From contig OZ024746.1 in the NCBI GenBank assembly GCA_964016885.1, forward strand, positions 42,408,001 through 42,472,000: a DNA stretch of 64,000 nucleotides. Direction: 5' to 3'. The position numbers were made by a program, and so were the translations under genes. Shown one piece after another: positions 35,481-48,619 of this stretch. Origin of the DNA: Eledone cirrhosa (taxonomy: Eukaryota). The number at the start of each line of letters is the position of its first letter. The stretch's first letter is position 1. The notes beneath the pieces are model-generated. The model was given only the letters and a program-made list of their open reading frames with translations, searched no databases and was not told where the DNA came from.

Positions 35481-38400
35481 GTGATTGGTTATTATAATGG
35501 TAATTTGGTTTGGGTCGTACACATTTCAAAATTAAGATTTTCCCAATCCTTCTTAAGTCAGTCAAATGATTATACAGCAATATATTATTAGTAAGTTTGT
35601 TATTGCTGATCCTTAAGGAATGAAAAGCTAATTCAACTCTAATAGATTTTGAACTTGATATGCCAAAAAATATGAAACATGAAGTCTAATACCCAACCAT
35701 TTCTTTTAATTTCTCCATACTAACTTATCAGTTAATATTAAGAAAGAATTCCTATGTAGACAAAGTAGATGATATATAGAAGAAAATTATATAATTTAAA
35801 TGGTTAAATTAACAATGTGCCATAAAACTAGAACACTTGATTCCAGAATGAATAATAAAAAAAAAATAAACTAGTGAAAATTAAATTTCAATGAAGAGAC
35901 AGAATGTAAAACATTCTGAAAATGTGTCATTAAATATTGTGTCACTTTAGCTGTACATTTGGTTGAATTTGATTGAAATGTTTTTCTACCCTATATATTG
36001 AAAACCTAAATATAAGAAATCTTTCCTCAAGATTAACAAATACATTATTTTAGAATAGTTCTGAAGATAAGTAAATCAAAGAATTGTTATCATAGAAACA
36101 TGTGGCATTTATTTCAGGAGTAGTAATGTTGAGAATGTGAACAGATATCAATACATGAACGAGAAGTATAGTTTTCTGAATAAAAATTTTCACATAGTCT
36201 TGTAGATTAGACATCCTACCACCATCAATGTTTGATATAATGAAAGCAGACTTTTAGCTAGACTGGCTAAAGTCCAAACTATAGAGAAATATATGAGAAC
36301 ACTTCCATTACTTTTATCCTTCAATGTAAAAAGTAAAAGAAAATATTTCTAAAATTAGAAAAGAAAAGTAGATTTCATAGTACAGCTTCCAGATGACAAA
36401 ATAAAAGATTATTGGATAATTTCAAAATAAAAATGATAGTACAAAACGATTTTCTCAACAATGATCAAGTAAATTCCTTTCTAAAAGAAATCATCCTCAG
36501 GTTTTTTCAACATGTCTAAAAATTGAGTACAAATCTGAAGCAAAAGTTGTGTAGTTAATAACAAATACAACTCCTAGCAGTCAACATTTTGTTCTAATGA
36601 GACGAATAGAATTTTTATATTTGTTTTCTATAAAACTGGTATAATGATTTCTAATAAGGACATAAAGTCTAAAATTTTGTGGCAGGTAACAAGTTGATTA
36701 TATCGACCCTGTTCTTGACTGATAGATATTTTATTGATCATCGAAGAATATAATTTTAAACCAACCCTGGCGGCTTTTGAATTTGGAATATACAGAGATG
36801 TAACTCAATACTGCAAAACATTTTGTCCATCGTTTTAGTGATTGTCATCCAACATACTGGCTTCTATGTAGAATAAAAAGTTATCTTCTAAGTTCTAATT
36901 GACATCCATCTTTCAGATGAATCTCTATATAAAATTAGTCTGTTTTATTAATTTTCTTTGGATAGTTAGCTACTTAAAGGTGGTTTTGCAATAAGAGGGT
37001 GTTACTGCTTGCTTGAAGTGTTGTGTAAAATGCAGAAAATAGTGTTTTGTTTGAAAGCTACCACAATGTAAATTGAATGGTAAATGTTAAAAGTAAGATA
37101 AAAATGATGTTGGAGTGTTACATTGCAATTATCTTTAGGTCCTTATATTTTGGAGTAAAATTCCTTCTTCAAAGGCTTAATAAATGAAACTAGTTTAGAG
37201 CTGAATTTTGTTGTTATTGCTCTTAAGCTGTCATTTCTTTAAAAATAAAGACCTATAAAGAACTGCAAGGTAGCATCCCAACATTCCTGTTTTCATATTT
37301 TTAACACTCACCATGTTTTACAATATTATTTCATTAGATTGTTAGACCTCTCAACCAAGATACAGTTCTCTTCTATCAGCTGGTTGTAAGATACTGATTA
37401 TATTGTAAGTTAATCCGTAGTGGTGATTGTGAAATACTATTTGGTTTGTTTGTTTTGGTCATAGATCAATATACTTCTATGATGTCTATAGTTCTGAAAC
37501 TTTGCTACACAATATTGGCAATAATTAAGATTATTTCTGTTAAATATGTTTATTATTTAAACACAAGCAAAGCTGCAAACAGTATTTTTGAACAGTAATA
37601 GGTAACTTAAATACAGGTAAAAGACTGAAGCCAAAATATTATAAACCCATAGGAGTTACAAATTATCTGCTAATATACAAGTTTATTAACTATTCATTAT
37701 ATTTCATATACTTACATCGGAGACTGAATCAATCAATGCCTGACTAAATACAGCAACATTTTGCTCATAATTGCTGATAAGAAATACACAGAAAATAAAA
37801 TATGAATGAAACCCAGTGTTTTATTTTTATCTAGACAGAAATTCATAAATAGATACTATCTATGGGCAGTGTCAACAGAAGTCAATGCCCCATGAAATGA
37901 CATACAAAACACTGACACTTTAAAATACTTTACTTCAATTTATTAAAATTATACTTGATGTTTTTTTTTATGTTTGCTAAATCCTGAAGTTTTAATGATC
38001 AAAACAAAAATTCAAAGACCATTAAAAAAATTTATGATAAATTATTAGAAGGGTTTTTAAAAAATCCTTGCTTAAATGATAAATACTTTGTTCTTTTACA
38101 ATATGACTATGTGTGCCTCACTGTACAAACTGAATAATACGATTGTATACAAACTGATTGAAATTCATTTAACAAAATAAACATAACTGTTGACTTCCAA
38201 AACACTAACTTTATAGACTACATGGATGAAGTTCAGGGGTCATTTTCAGATTTGCTTTTTATTTTCTTTAGGATTAGAGAACATTTTTATCGTGCAGCAA
38301 TTACAATAAATCTGAGTAAACTGTTTTTCTATAGATCAAAATACTAAAGAAAGGTCATTATGTATAAAAAACTAGAGTTATTTTTTTCCTGAGTTTCCAT

Positions 38401-38614
38401 TACTTATACTTAAGGCTGTATGTTATACACAAATAAATATTATACATGAATAAATATGATAATTAAATTTACTTCCATTGTTTTTTCTTTAAAAAATTGA
38501 CCAAAAATATAGAATACTTATTTGTGTTGTAGGTGACACCTATCCAATAATAACTTCTCTCTCTCTCTTTATATATATATATGTATGTATGTGTGTGTAT
38601 ATATATATATATAT

Positions 38615-39132
38615 ATGTAGGTGTCATGACAAAAAGCACCGAGCCCACACTGTAAAGTGGTCGTGTAGGCTTTAGGAAGGGCATCCGGCTGTAGAAACCA
38701 AGCCAGAATCAGTCCTATATGAGCAAGACATGGTCACCTATCCTAGCACTGACTACAACAGGACAAACTTTCTAATCCATGTTAGCGTAGAAAATGGATA
38801 TAAGACAGAAGTGATGATGATATATGTATATACACACACATATACATATATCATTATCATGATATATGTGTTTGTATGTTGCTACCACAAAACATCCAGC
38901 ATTTCTGTAAAGTGGTCGTGTAGGTGTCATGACAAAAAGCACCCACCACACACTGTAAATATGGTTGGCGCTAGGAAGGGCATCCAGCTGTAGAAAATCA
39001 GCCAGGAACAGTCCTATATGAGCAAGACACAGTCACTTGACCCAACTTGCCTCTAAATGGGACAAACCTGTCTAACTCATGCTAGCATAGAGGATAGACA
39101 TTAAACAATGATGATGATGATGATGATGATGA
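38615..39132 (+). mobile_element. Two tandem RTE-tail SINE copies (family B)
   Basis: Repeated GTAGGTGTCATGACAAAAAGCACC...CACACTGTAAA...AGGAAGGGCATCCAGCTGTAGAAA...CATGCTAGC...(GAT)n, as at 4500-4755. Confidence 0.8.
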
Positions 39133-42070
39133 TATATGTAATATCCACCTTCAATTTTTAGTCTTCTCAGTTACTGAAAATATGACTTTGGAGACTGCTG
39201 ATTAACAGGTTACTAACATTCTTATGTTACACATCAATCCTTTCAATGAATTTCACTGCAGTCTTCTGCAGTAAAGTCATTGTTGTAGCAATTAACAAAG
39301 ATTTTCAAAGGGCTTAACAGAAAAATATTTTCGTGAAATTCTATGCTTTATGAATTACATTTATATAATCATTTGCACCAGAAGGTTTCTAACTGCTTGC
39401 TCCACTGCAGAATATATACAGAAGATAAACTCAATCACCTCATCATTACTATATGTCCATAATTCTCCTTCTCCTCTATGTCAGTGACCTTAATATTATT
39501 TCTAACTAAACACACATATGTGCTGATGGAAACTACTTTTATTCTATACAAATGTCTTTACAACCACAGAGAAGATTCTCTTTTAACTGGCTATGGTAAT
39601 TATCTGTTTATAAGACCAAATCTAAAACACTAATCACCAATTACTCATATCTACATAGAAGAAACTCACAATGAATCCTTATAATTCCTATACATATTAT
39701 GTGTAAGTTTATTAACCAATACTGGGAAACCAATAAATGCAATAAAGCAAAACCTATATTAAGGAGAATGGACACACTTAAGAGCTAAAGTTACTTTCTT
39801 CCTGAAAAGACACTGACCTTTTAAAAAGACTGACTAGAATACGGCACCAAATTTGTCCCTCATGCCAACTAGTGCATCAGTCTAATTCAGAAATTATAGA
39901 TATAAACTACCTGTATGATAGGTTATCCTGAAATGCCTCTTAGTACCAATTCACTTGGTTTAATCTATGCTGAGACTCATGTAGCTCTACCTTTGTTATC
40001 TATAGTAAATATGAAAAGCAAGGTTTATCTATGCAGGAACTGTGATTTCAAAGTTGCAAATAGATGTTGTGGTGACTTGTAGCAAATAGTTTACATGCAC
40101 TGTATCTAAAATAAAGAGGTAAGTGACTTTATATAATCTGATACCTTCAGATTTATAATAGATAAATAGTTCCATTATATTAAATAGTTAATGCAATTTG
40201 TACAGTTACAGCTAAAGTGTTTGGAAAGAAATCATAAAAGCTGTAAGTGGAGATAGAAAATTGGTGTTTAGTATAGTGCAGCAGATGATATTACAACGCT
40301 TGGAAAATCTTCACAATTTACTTTAAATGTGTGAAACATTGAAAGAAACAAAGTTTTGTTGGATGAAAATCAAAAAAGCTTCCTGTGCTTTCCTTAATAA
40401 GAGGAATAAATAAAACATACTTAACACATGGTATGAGTCTTTTTTTAAAATTCTCATTTCTAATTAATATTAAATATATTCTGTAACTGACCAATTCAGT
40501 TGATAAGATGTTCAATTTTTGATGATGTCTTCAGATAAAATATTGGCATCAAAATATCATGTTTGGCACCAACTTGTCTGTGTTTAATATTTTGATGTGA
40601 AAGTGTTCATCTGCTTTAGTTGGCTGAAGTGTTAGGATGATTTTAGCATTAACTAGATAGAGAACTTTTCTCATCAGTTTTTCAAAATAGTGTTAATGCA
40701 TAAATTTCAACTTTCACGTATTGAGTGTTGATATTGTCAGCATTCTGGTCATCACTTTACATTAGATTTCTAAGAAATTGATGAAATATGATCACAATGA
40801 TGTCTCACTTGGTGTTTACACATTTTGTTATTATGCCACATTAACCATTATGGATTACACCTTCCTCCAGTTTGCTTGCAGTAATCAACCAGAAATATTT
40901 ATCAGTTCTGCACCAATATTAGAAGGTAAGGTGATCTCTTATTATATTGATTAACTCACCTACCTATATTGATTGCATTCTACGATTTTAAATGAGAGGA
41001 GTTCAAATTGCATTATATGACATGCCACTGTGAAGCAATAAAAGCTGTTTGAAATCTGTATGAGTAAAATTTTCTATGCCATAAAAGTTAGATATAATTT
41101 GCTTACATTACACACATTAATAGAAACATCCATTATATATTATTTAATCTTTGTTTCATTACAGAACTAACAAACACATGTCTCATTTCTGCTGTAACAT
41201 GAAATAATAAATTTCTCTTACATTAGTCAAGGTTACAATGGTGGTGGATAGGCAGAGTAGTTACAGTGTTAGACAAATGTTTAATAGTTTTTGATTTGGC
41301 TCATTACTTTCTGAGTTCATATTCCACCAGAATCAAATTTATCTTTCGTCCTTTCGGGGTTGATAAAACAAAATGCCAGTCAAGTACTAGGGTTATTATA
41401 ATTAACTTTCCTTTCCTGCCAAAATTGCTGGCCTTGCGCCAAAATTAGAAATCATTATTCAAGAATCATAAATGAATCAGATTCTTAAATGATTTCAATT
41501 AGAAGATTCAGCAAAAATACCACTATAAATTTCAGTTGATACCTTCATTTCCAGTTAAATGATATTTGTCACCTTTTTGCATGTTTGTAATAATACAAGG
41601 TTTGGTCTTCCCTGTTTTTCTACTAGATTTATGTTCTAGTTTTGTTATATTTTCAGGCAACATTCAATACACCCATCTTTCTATTTTAGATTGAGAAGAT
41701 TTTTTTTTGCCTAATTTTGCATTTCAGAAATTATTTCACATCCAATCAAATTCAGGGACTTCTCACTCTTGTTGGAATAACCCCTCCCTGGTTGATCTCC
41801 ACCACTTTCTGTTTGATCTTGGTCATATCAGGGGTGTAATCGTACTCACCATGCTTGGCCAATTGCAGGTTGGTGAGGCTATGTAACCTATAGTTGGGGT
41901 GGATGGCTATTGATTCTAAGGAATGCATCCTCCCTTTTTCACATCATAATTAGTAAACATCCTGAAATTCATATCTTTCATTTCAATTCCATATCTCTCA
42001 AATGCCTCATGTTTAGCAATGGACTGTATTTCTTAAATATAAAAATCAATGTCAGTGTGAATTTACTTAC

Positions 42071-42157
42071 CAACAATTCTGAAATTTGCATGCAGCGTAC
42101 TGATATTCAGAGTTAACTCAGACAGGTTCGGATGTTCGGTAAAACTTCGCACTCGAC
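42071..42157 (-). CDS. Coding exon: stalk with furin-like RRVR/S site
   Basis: tgttgtcttttAG acceptor and G/GTAAGT donor. 87 nt, open only as phase 1 to 1: (R)RVRSFTEHPNLSELTLNISTLHANFRIV. It is absent from the ORF track. Confidence 0.85.
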
Positions 42158-42851
42158 CTAAAAGACAACATATATTCATATATGAACATGCTGATATAAA
42201 CAATAGGAAAGAAACTGGTATATTTAGAAACATATTTTGAAAATAGAAAATACTTCCATTTTAAAAAGAGAAATTAATTTTATTTTGCCTTATTTCTTAA
42301 TCATCATTATCTTCATTTAATGCCAACACTACCTGTGAATAAGAGTTGTACAGGTTGTTTTAGACCATCAGAACTCAGGCAGAGCTACTGCCAACTCAGG
42401 CAGACTGTGGGGCCCATATCTTTGTTTATATACTTTCCCACACTCAACTGAGTAGTCAGAAGGGTCAGGAGCCTGCCTCCTACTTATGTATATACGTTAC
42501 TCTAGTGAGTACATTTTATCATGGAACCAGCTCTAAAGAGGTGTTCATTTCTTTGACATAGCTGAAGAGTCCATCCAACTCTTTGTTTGGTAGGTTTTCT
42601 ACAGATTTGGATGTTTTTCTTATCACCAACCCCTTTACAGAAGAGGTTACTTGGTGTGCTTATCACTAGGAGAAATGTACTGATTTGCAAATTATAAAGT
42701 TCAGACAACAGTAATAGATATATAGGTTAACACTAACAAATACCATTTAGTGGTTGCAAAATACATTATAAACCAAGATAGAGTGAAACAAAAAGAGTAA
42801 TTACGTCTTAAAGAACAAAATACAATGGCAATAGTGCAATGGGAAAACATT

Positions 42852-43051
42852 TACCAAATACATACTCGAATATAAGCCGAGGAATATGTGACCCCCCCCC
42901 CCCCCCCCAAAAAAAAAACATGGTAGAAGAGGGTCAATATTTTGATGATTTTCACCAACTTCAAATTCTATGTAAATAAGTTTCTTTTTATTTTTGCCCA
43001 TTTCTCAAATATAAAATAGTAGGATCAACTTATATTCGAGTACATATGGTA
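42852..43051. mobile_element. Tc1/mariner-superfamily (Tc2/pogo-like) MITE
   Basis: TIRs TACCAAATACATACTCGAATATAAG and CTTATATTCGAGTACATATGGTA, with TA ends. Confidence 0.7.
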
Positions 43052-43439
43052 TATTATTTTCACAATGGTATCCTTAAAAATGGAAGGATTATTTATTCAA
43101 TTGAAACAATGACATGGTATGTTAAAAAATATGAAATGTTTGACTGATTTTAGTGTCCAAATGAACAGCAGCAATAATTATGTTACTTAATAAGTGAGTA
43201 TTTACAGAAGAAAATATGAACTGAGGTTAAATGCAATAAAATTAATACAGCTTTTTATTTAATATTACCAGGAATGTGAAAAATAAAATGATTGGTTTTG
43301 AGCTAAGAATACCTCAGGTATTTGAACTCTTGATACAAAACCGTTTTGGGTTCAATTATACACAGTTGATTATTTTAAAGTGTTTATATTTATCTACAAA
43401 CCTTCAATTATAATGTTATGTAAGAACATTCGTTAAATA

Positions 43440-44840
43440 ATATTCTAAACACCATTTTAATAATGAGAAATTTAGATATGGTACTGAATCGCTTTACATT
43501 CGTGATTATTTTCAAAATTATTTGAATATACAGACAATCCTTTAGTAAACATATGGTAAAGAAAGGGTTAAGTAGTGCTCCAATTAGTAGGAAATCTATT
43601 CAAGAGTAATTTAATATTGATTATTAATTAGTTGGAGGATGTGTCTCATTAGGATATTACAAAAAGAATGAATGATCAAACTATTGAAACTATCTGCAAG
43701 ATAATCTCAATCCTATGATGATAGAAGATTAAGAAGAAAGAATAGCTAAACAGAAATCAACATATACTTGTTGAAATTTTATTTCTACTTCTATTTAGAT
43801 GTCTGTTTAAGTTGAAACAACTGACATGCATTAAATAACAGACATTCAATAGAACATTTTAGTTATGCTTGTATTGTAAAAGGATAAGATTATATTCACT
43901 ATGATTTGGAATAGACATAGGAACAATAAGACAATGATAAAACCTTAACATTTGCTATATTGACATTTAGGATGCTTAGAAGAGAGCATAGGATGATAAC
44001 TAAACTGATTGTTTTCAGTGCAACTTCAGTTTCAGTATACAGTGAAATATCATCCAGAAGTTGTTTTGTTATAGAAAGATTATGTAAAGTGAGTATATGA
44101 AATGAATTATTTTGGTATGCTGTAAAGATAGATTTTTTTCTGAATGATAAAGACCATCACTAGTTGTCTTGGTTCAATGATTATCTCAGATTTTAAGACA
44201 CAGAATTTCTTCTAGAAAGATAATAGATTTTTTAATCCTTTTGGTACCAAACCCCTTGAAAACAATCCAATTTCTATGATACAGAGCTGAGTGTTTTAAA
44301 GTGTTTATATTTATTTAAAACCCTTCCATTGTTAAGTGGTGTGCCAAACTCCATCTTAATGAGAAAGTTAGTTATATTGCTGGCTCTCTTTAAATCCTTG
44401 ATTATTTTCAAAATTATTTGAAAATTACAGAAAGTCTTTCATTAAAATATGGTAATGAAAGGGTTAAGTAGTGCGCCAATTAATAGGAAATTTATTCAAG
44501 AGTAATTTAATATTGATTACTAATTAGCTGGATGATGTGTCTCCTTCGGATATTACAAAAGGAATGAATGATCAAACTATTGAAAGTATCTGTAAAAGAA
44601 TTCCAATCCTATGATGATATAAAATTAAGAAGAAAGAAAAGCTTAAGAAAAATAAACGTATATTTGCTGAAATTTTATTCCTAATTTTATTTAGATTTGT
44701 TAAATCGTGTTCCAAACACCAGCTTAATAATGAGAAAATTAGTTAAATTATTATATTCTTTCAAATTCTTGATTATTTTGAAAATGGTTTGGAAATTATA
44801 GACAAAGTCCTTCATTAGATATATGATAATGAGAGGATTA
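43440..44840. repeat. Old local direct duplication (about 43440-43800 vs 44340-44700, with a partial third copy to 44840)
   Basis: AAGGGTTAAGTAGTGC.CCAATTA.TAGGAAAT.TATTCAAGAGTAATTTAATATTGATTA and about 200 further bp occur twice, roughly 900 bp apart, with many substitutions. Confidence 0.8.
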
Positions 44841-46281
44841 AATCTTGTTAAATACTAAATAAAATATGCAATTATGAGTTATTGACTGGTGCTCACTTGC
44901 TACTTATTTTGTTGCTTGCAGTCTCTAGAAAGTTTCTTGAATAACTTTCAAATGCATATTTCTAATTTCTGTGAAACTGCCAACTTTATAAGCTGTTGGA
45001 GACTTATTTCTTTGTGTTTGCTAGTAGCCTTTTAAGCAGTTCAATTGGTATTTGATAAATGAAAATGTAAAAGAACTGACTTTTAAAATATATCCTGTTA
45101 TATTTCTATCATAATTTACAGATATAAAACAAAAATAAATGAAAGCCAATATGTATTAATTTAGGTATTTGGAGGATTTAAATTTTTTTAAAGTTAATGA
45201 TTAAAGCCAATTTTTATATGATGTTTCCAAACTAAAAGGAAAAAATATATATATAATTAGTTCTTATATATTTATGTAATATTTCATTTGCAGATTTAAT
45301 ATTCATTTTTTAGAAACTTAAATATTATAGTTTCATTCTTTTTCTGCATGTACTCACTGAAATGAAACCAGTTCAATAACCTAACTATAAAAAAAGATTT
45401 CCAGCTATTAAAACTTTTATCCAATAATTAATGGTAATGTCTGTCTAGGTTTGGAAAACCACCAAACTCATACCAGCATATGAAATTGTAAAACAAAAAG
45501 AAAAAACAAAAACAAACGAAAACTGCACAGTGTTCATTGCACAATTTTTTTTATCTGAACAGCTAAGGTATAATGGCTTTTATGGTATGCATACAAGCAA
45601 ATGAAAGCCAGTCTTGAAAGTAACAAGATATTGAAATAATTTGATAAAGACTTTGGAATGATTAAACAAATTTCTTGTTACAAAAAAAAAAAAAAAACTT
45701 AATATAACAGTTATGTTTGCTACTTAATAAGAATTTCTTTTGACTAGGAATAATCCTAACTTTGAAGGGTTAAGGGCCGCAACTAATAATAAACCAATAA
45801 CTGTGTTATATATAAACTAAATCTAAGATCAATGAAGTAATGGAAATATTAAAAAATAAAATTCAATTTCATCAAATGCACAACTGCCTATGAAACTGTT
45901 TGAAAAGCAACATGGGGTTCTGAAATAAAACTATGTCCAAGTTAACCATAAAAAGAAATATTTTGTAAAAATAATTTTTAAGCCATATCTTACTACTATG
46001 CTTTTGGCAGAATATTGTTGAAGGAACATTATTTATTGCAATACCTCTGACAACAAATTCTCATAAAAGATTTGCTAAATTTAAATACATATTTTTATTG
46101 TTTCAAAATCTGCTCTAGGATTATGAAATAATATCCTGATAATTTGTCTTATTTATGAAAACAGAGATAAAATAACAGTTTCCATTTAAGTTTCACTTAA
46201 GTTAGTAATGTGAGTGATATGTTAAACATTGCTATAAAATGGATATAGAAATTCAATTTAAAATGTAATGTTGAATACTAT

Positions 46282-46460
46282 AGGCAGTATCGGTAGAGAG
46301 TCGGACGCCATGCTTTCCAGCATAGTTACGTCCCTTTGCGGTCTGAGTTCAAATCCTGCCGAGGTTAACTTTGCCTTTCATCCTTACGGGGTCGATAAAA
46401 TAAAGTACCAGTAATGTAGTGGGTAATTGCTGGCCTTGTGCCAAAAGTAGAAACAATTAT
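46282..46460 (+). mobile_element. SINE family A
   Basis: Consensus match. Confidence 0.9.
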
Positions 46461-47214
46461 TACCTCCACATGCTTCATGAAACAAAGCATAAATAGTGTT
46501 ACATTTAGTCAAAAGAAGGTACTGGATTTGAGCTGCTAACTAGCATGTTATTGAGATGTTCAAAATATAAAAAACAAAACCCCCAAGAACTAATCATTTA
46601 TTAAATATATTTTGATTCAAATGCCATGTACAAATAACTTTTTTCTCTTAGCTTTTTATAGAATATCAGCCATATACTTTATATATTAATATAAAGTTCT
46701 TTGATCAATGGAATGGCTTTCTTTTTAAGTCAACATGTAAATGGCTGAGTATTCCACAGACATATTGCACCCTTTAATATAATTGACAGAGAGATTCAGC
46801 ATTACACAGAGTGTGACAAGGCTGACATTGAATTAATTACAGGTATAGTTCATCTGATGGGTTTCCAAATAGTTTCTCTTTACCCAATTTTCCCCAAACA
46901 AATCTTTGGTTGACCCACAGCTGAGGAAAAAGAGACTAACAAAAGATCTCATGATGTGGAATTAAACTGGGAATTTCACAATTGTAAAACACACTTCTGG
47001 TAATTAATCACGAAAGATATAAAACCAAGGCAGAATTTGGACTATAGGCTCTTTGGATTTGAATCCATTACTGGTTAGAATCAACTCTCACAGTAGTTAT
47101 TGTATATTAATACCCTCCACTGATAGTCTGCATCAATTCAGCTGCCACTATAAATATACATTATGGTTCAAATGAAAGGAAAATTAAATTTAAAATTAAA
47201 ATCATAATACTTAC

Positions 47215-47560
47215 GTAAGAGGGCACTTGAAGGAATGCTGACAGTGAGAACATTTGATCCACTCATTGAACAATACGCACACAAAGCTGCTGTTGCCATT
47301 GCCACAATGGACAGTGCTACCATCACAGAAGTAGGCGGAAGTAGTCTTCCAGGTCTTCGATTGCCACCACTGCGACGTTCTGCAGACCCAGAATCACACC
47401 CCGTCTCACCCCTGCTTTCTGATGTCATGGTTACGACATTCTGTCTACTCCATGATGGGTCCCTTCTATCCAAGCTCTTCCCGATACGTAGTGTCTCCTT
47501 ACCAATCTGAGTTGGAATTACATAGGGACCGTCTACTGGACCCTCATCATTATCTTCATC
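47215..47560 (-). CDS. Coding exon: N-terminal acidic/polar region plus a single hydrophobic (transmembrane or signal-anchor) segment
   Basis: tcttttctttcatAG-type acceptor and GTAAGT donor. 346 nt, phase 0 to 1, locally GC-rich: DEDNDEGPVDGPYVIPTQIGKETLRIGKSLDRRDPSW...RRPGRLLPPTSVMVALSIVAMATAALCAYCSMSGSNVLTVSIPSSALL. Confidence 0.88.
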
Positions 47561-47768
47561 CTATGAAAGAAAAAGAAAATAAATGTAATTATTTAATTTG
47601 ATATATTTTTCAAAAACAACAGTATAAATTAAAAAGAAATTATTCTACATGGTAATAATATAATGAAAAACAATTGAGAAAACAATACATTTGTCAAAGA
47701 CCAGTAAAGGTATGAGAAAAGCTGTAAGAAAATTATATCACTAATGTTAATATAAAGAGAGCTATGAC

Positions 47769-47995
47769 TATGCATGGAGATGCTATAAAATAGCTTATAA
47801 AATAGGGTGCAGATCCTTTAACATGGAAAAAGAAGTTCCCATTACCCTTTATGTCGAATCAAACCCCATATTTCCCAGGCGGTATCTGGGAGACACAAGG
47901 TTTGATTCCAGATAGCGGCTGATGGCAACTTCTTTGTCCATTTTAAAGTATTTTTGCCCCATTTAATTGACTATTTTATAGCATCTCCACATATA
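47769..47995. mobile_element. Fold-back MITE (near-complete hairpin)
   Basis: TGGAGATGCTATAAAATAG / CTATTTTATAGCATCTCCA termini and inner arms GAATCAAACC / GGTTTGATTC. Confidence 0.75.
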
Positions 47996-48097
47996 AGCAC
48001 ACCATGCTTTATATTAATTTTATACCCTCAGCTCTGCGTAAAAGTCCGAGATCTCGGCTATGTATATAGACTTAATATTATTATGATATATATCATT

Positions 48098-48282
48098 AGG
48101 GTGCTGGATTGGCAGTATCGGTAGAGGGTTGGACGCCATGCATATAGTTATGGCCTTTTACGGTCTAAGTTCAAATCCCACCAGGGTTAACTTTGCCTTT
48201 CATCCTTACAGGGTCAATAAAATAAAGCACCAGTAATGCACTGGGATAATAGCTAGCCTTGTGCCAAAAGTAGAAACAATTA
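48098..48282 (+). mobile_element. SINE family A
   Basis: Consensus match. Confidence 0.88.
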
Positions 48283-48619
48283 TGTTGTATATCATCATAT
48301 AAGAATTCAGAAATTAGGCATTGGAATTGTATCTAATGTTCATAATCTAGAATCTATTTGGTTTAATATTACTGTAGTGACAGAACACTATCAGACTGAA
48401 TTCCTGACAACCATATGCTTTGATTCTCTACATCCTGAGTTCAAATCTTATCAAGGTTGACTTTTCCTATCATTAGTCAAGAGTTGATAAAATAAGTACC
48501 AGGTATGGACTAATGTTGAGTCAGCCAACTATACTCATCACACAAAAACTAAATATTTATAGAAGCAATGTCTATTATTTATACACTAACAAATATTCTG
48601 CTTCAAAAATAACATTTGG

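Noticed and set aside
47235-47510. Plus-strand 91 aa ORF
   Set aside because: It is the antisense shadow of the GC-richer minus-strand exon 47215-47560.
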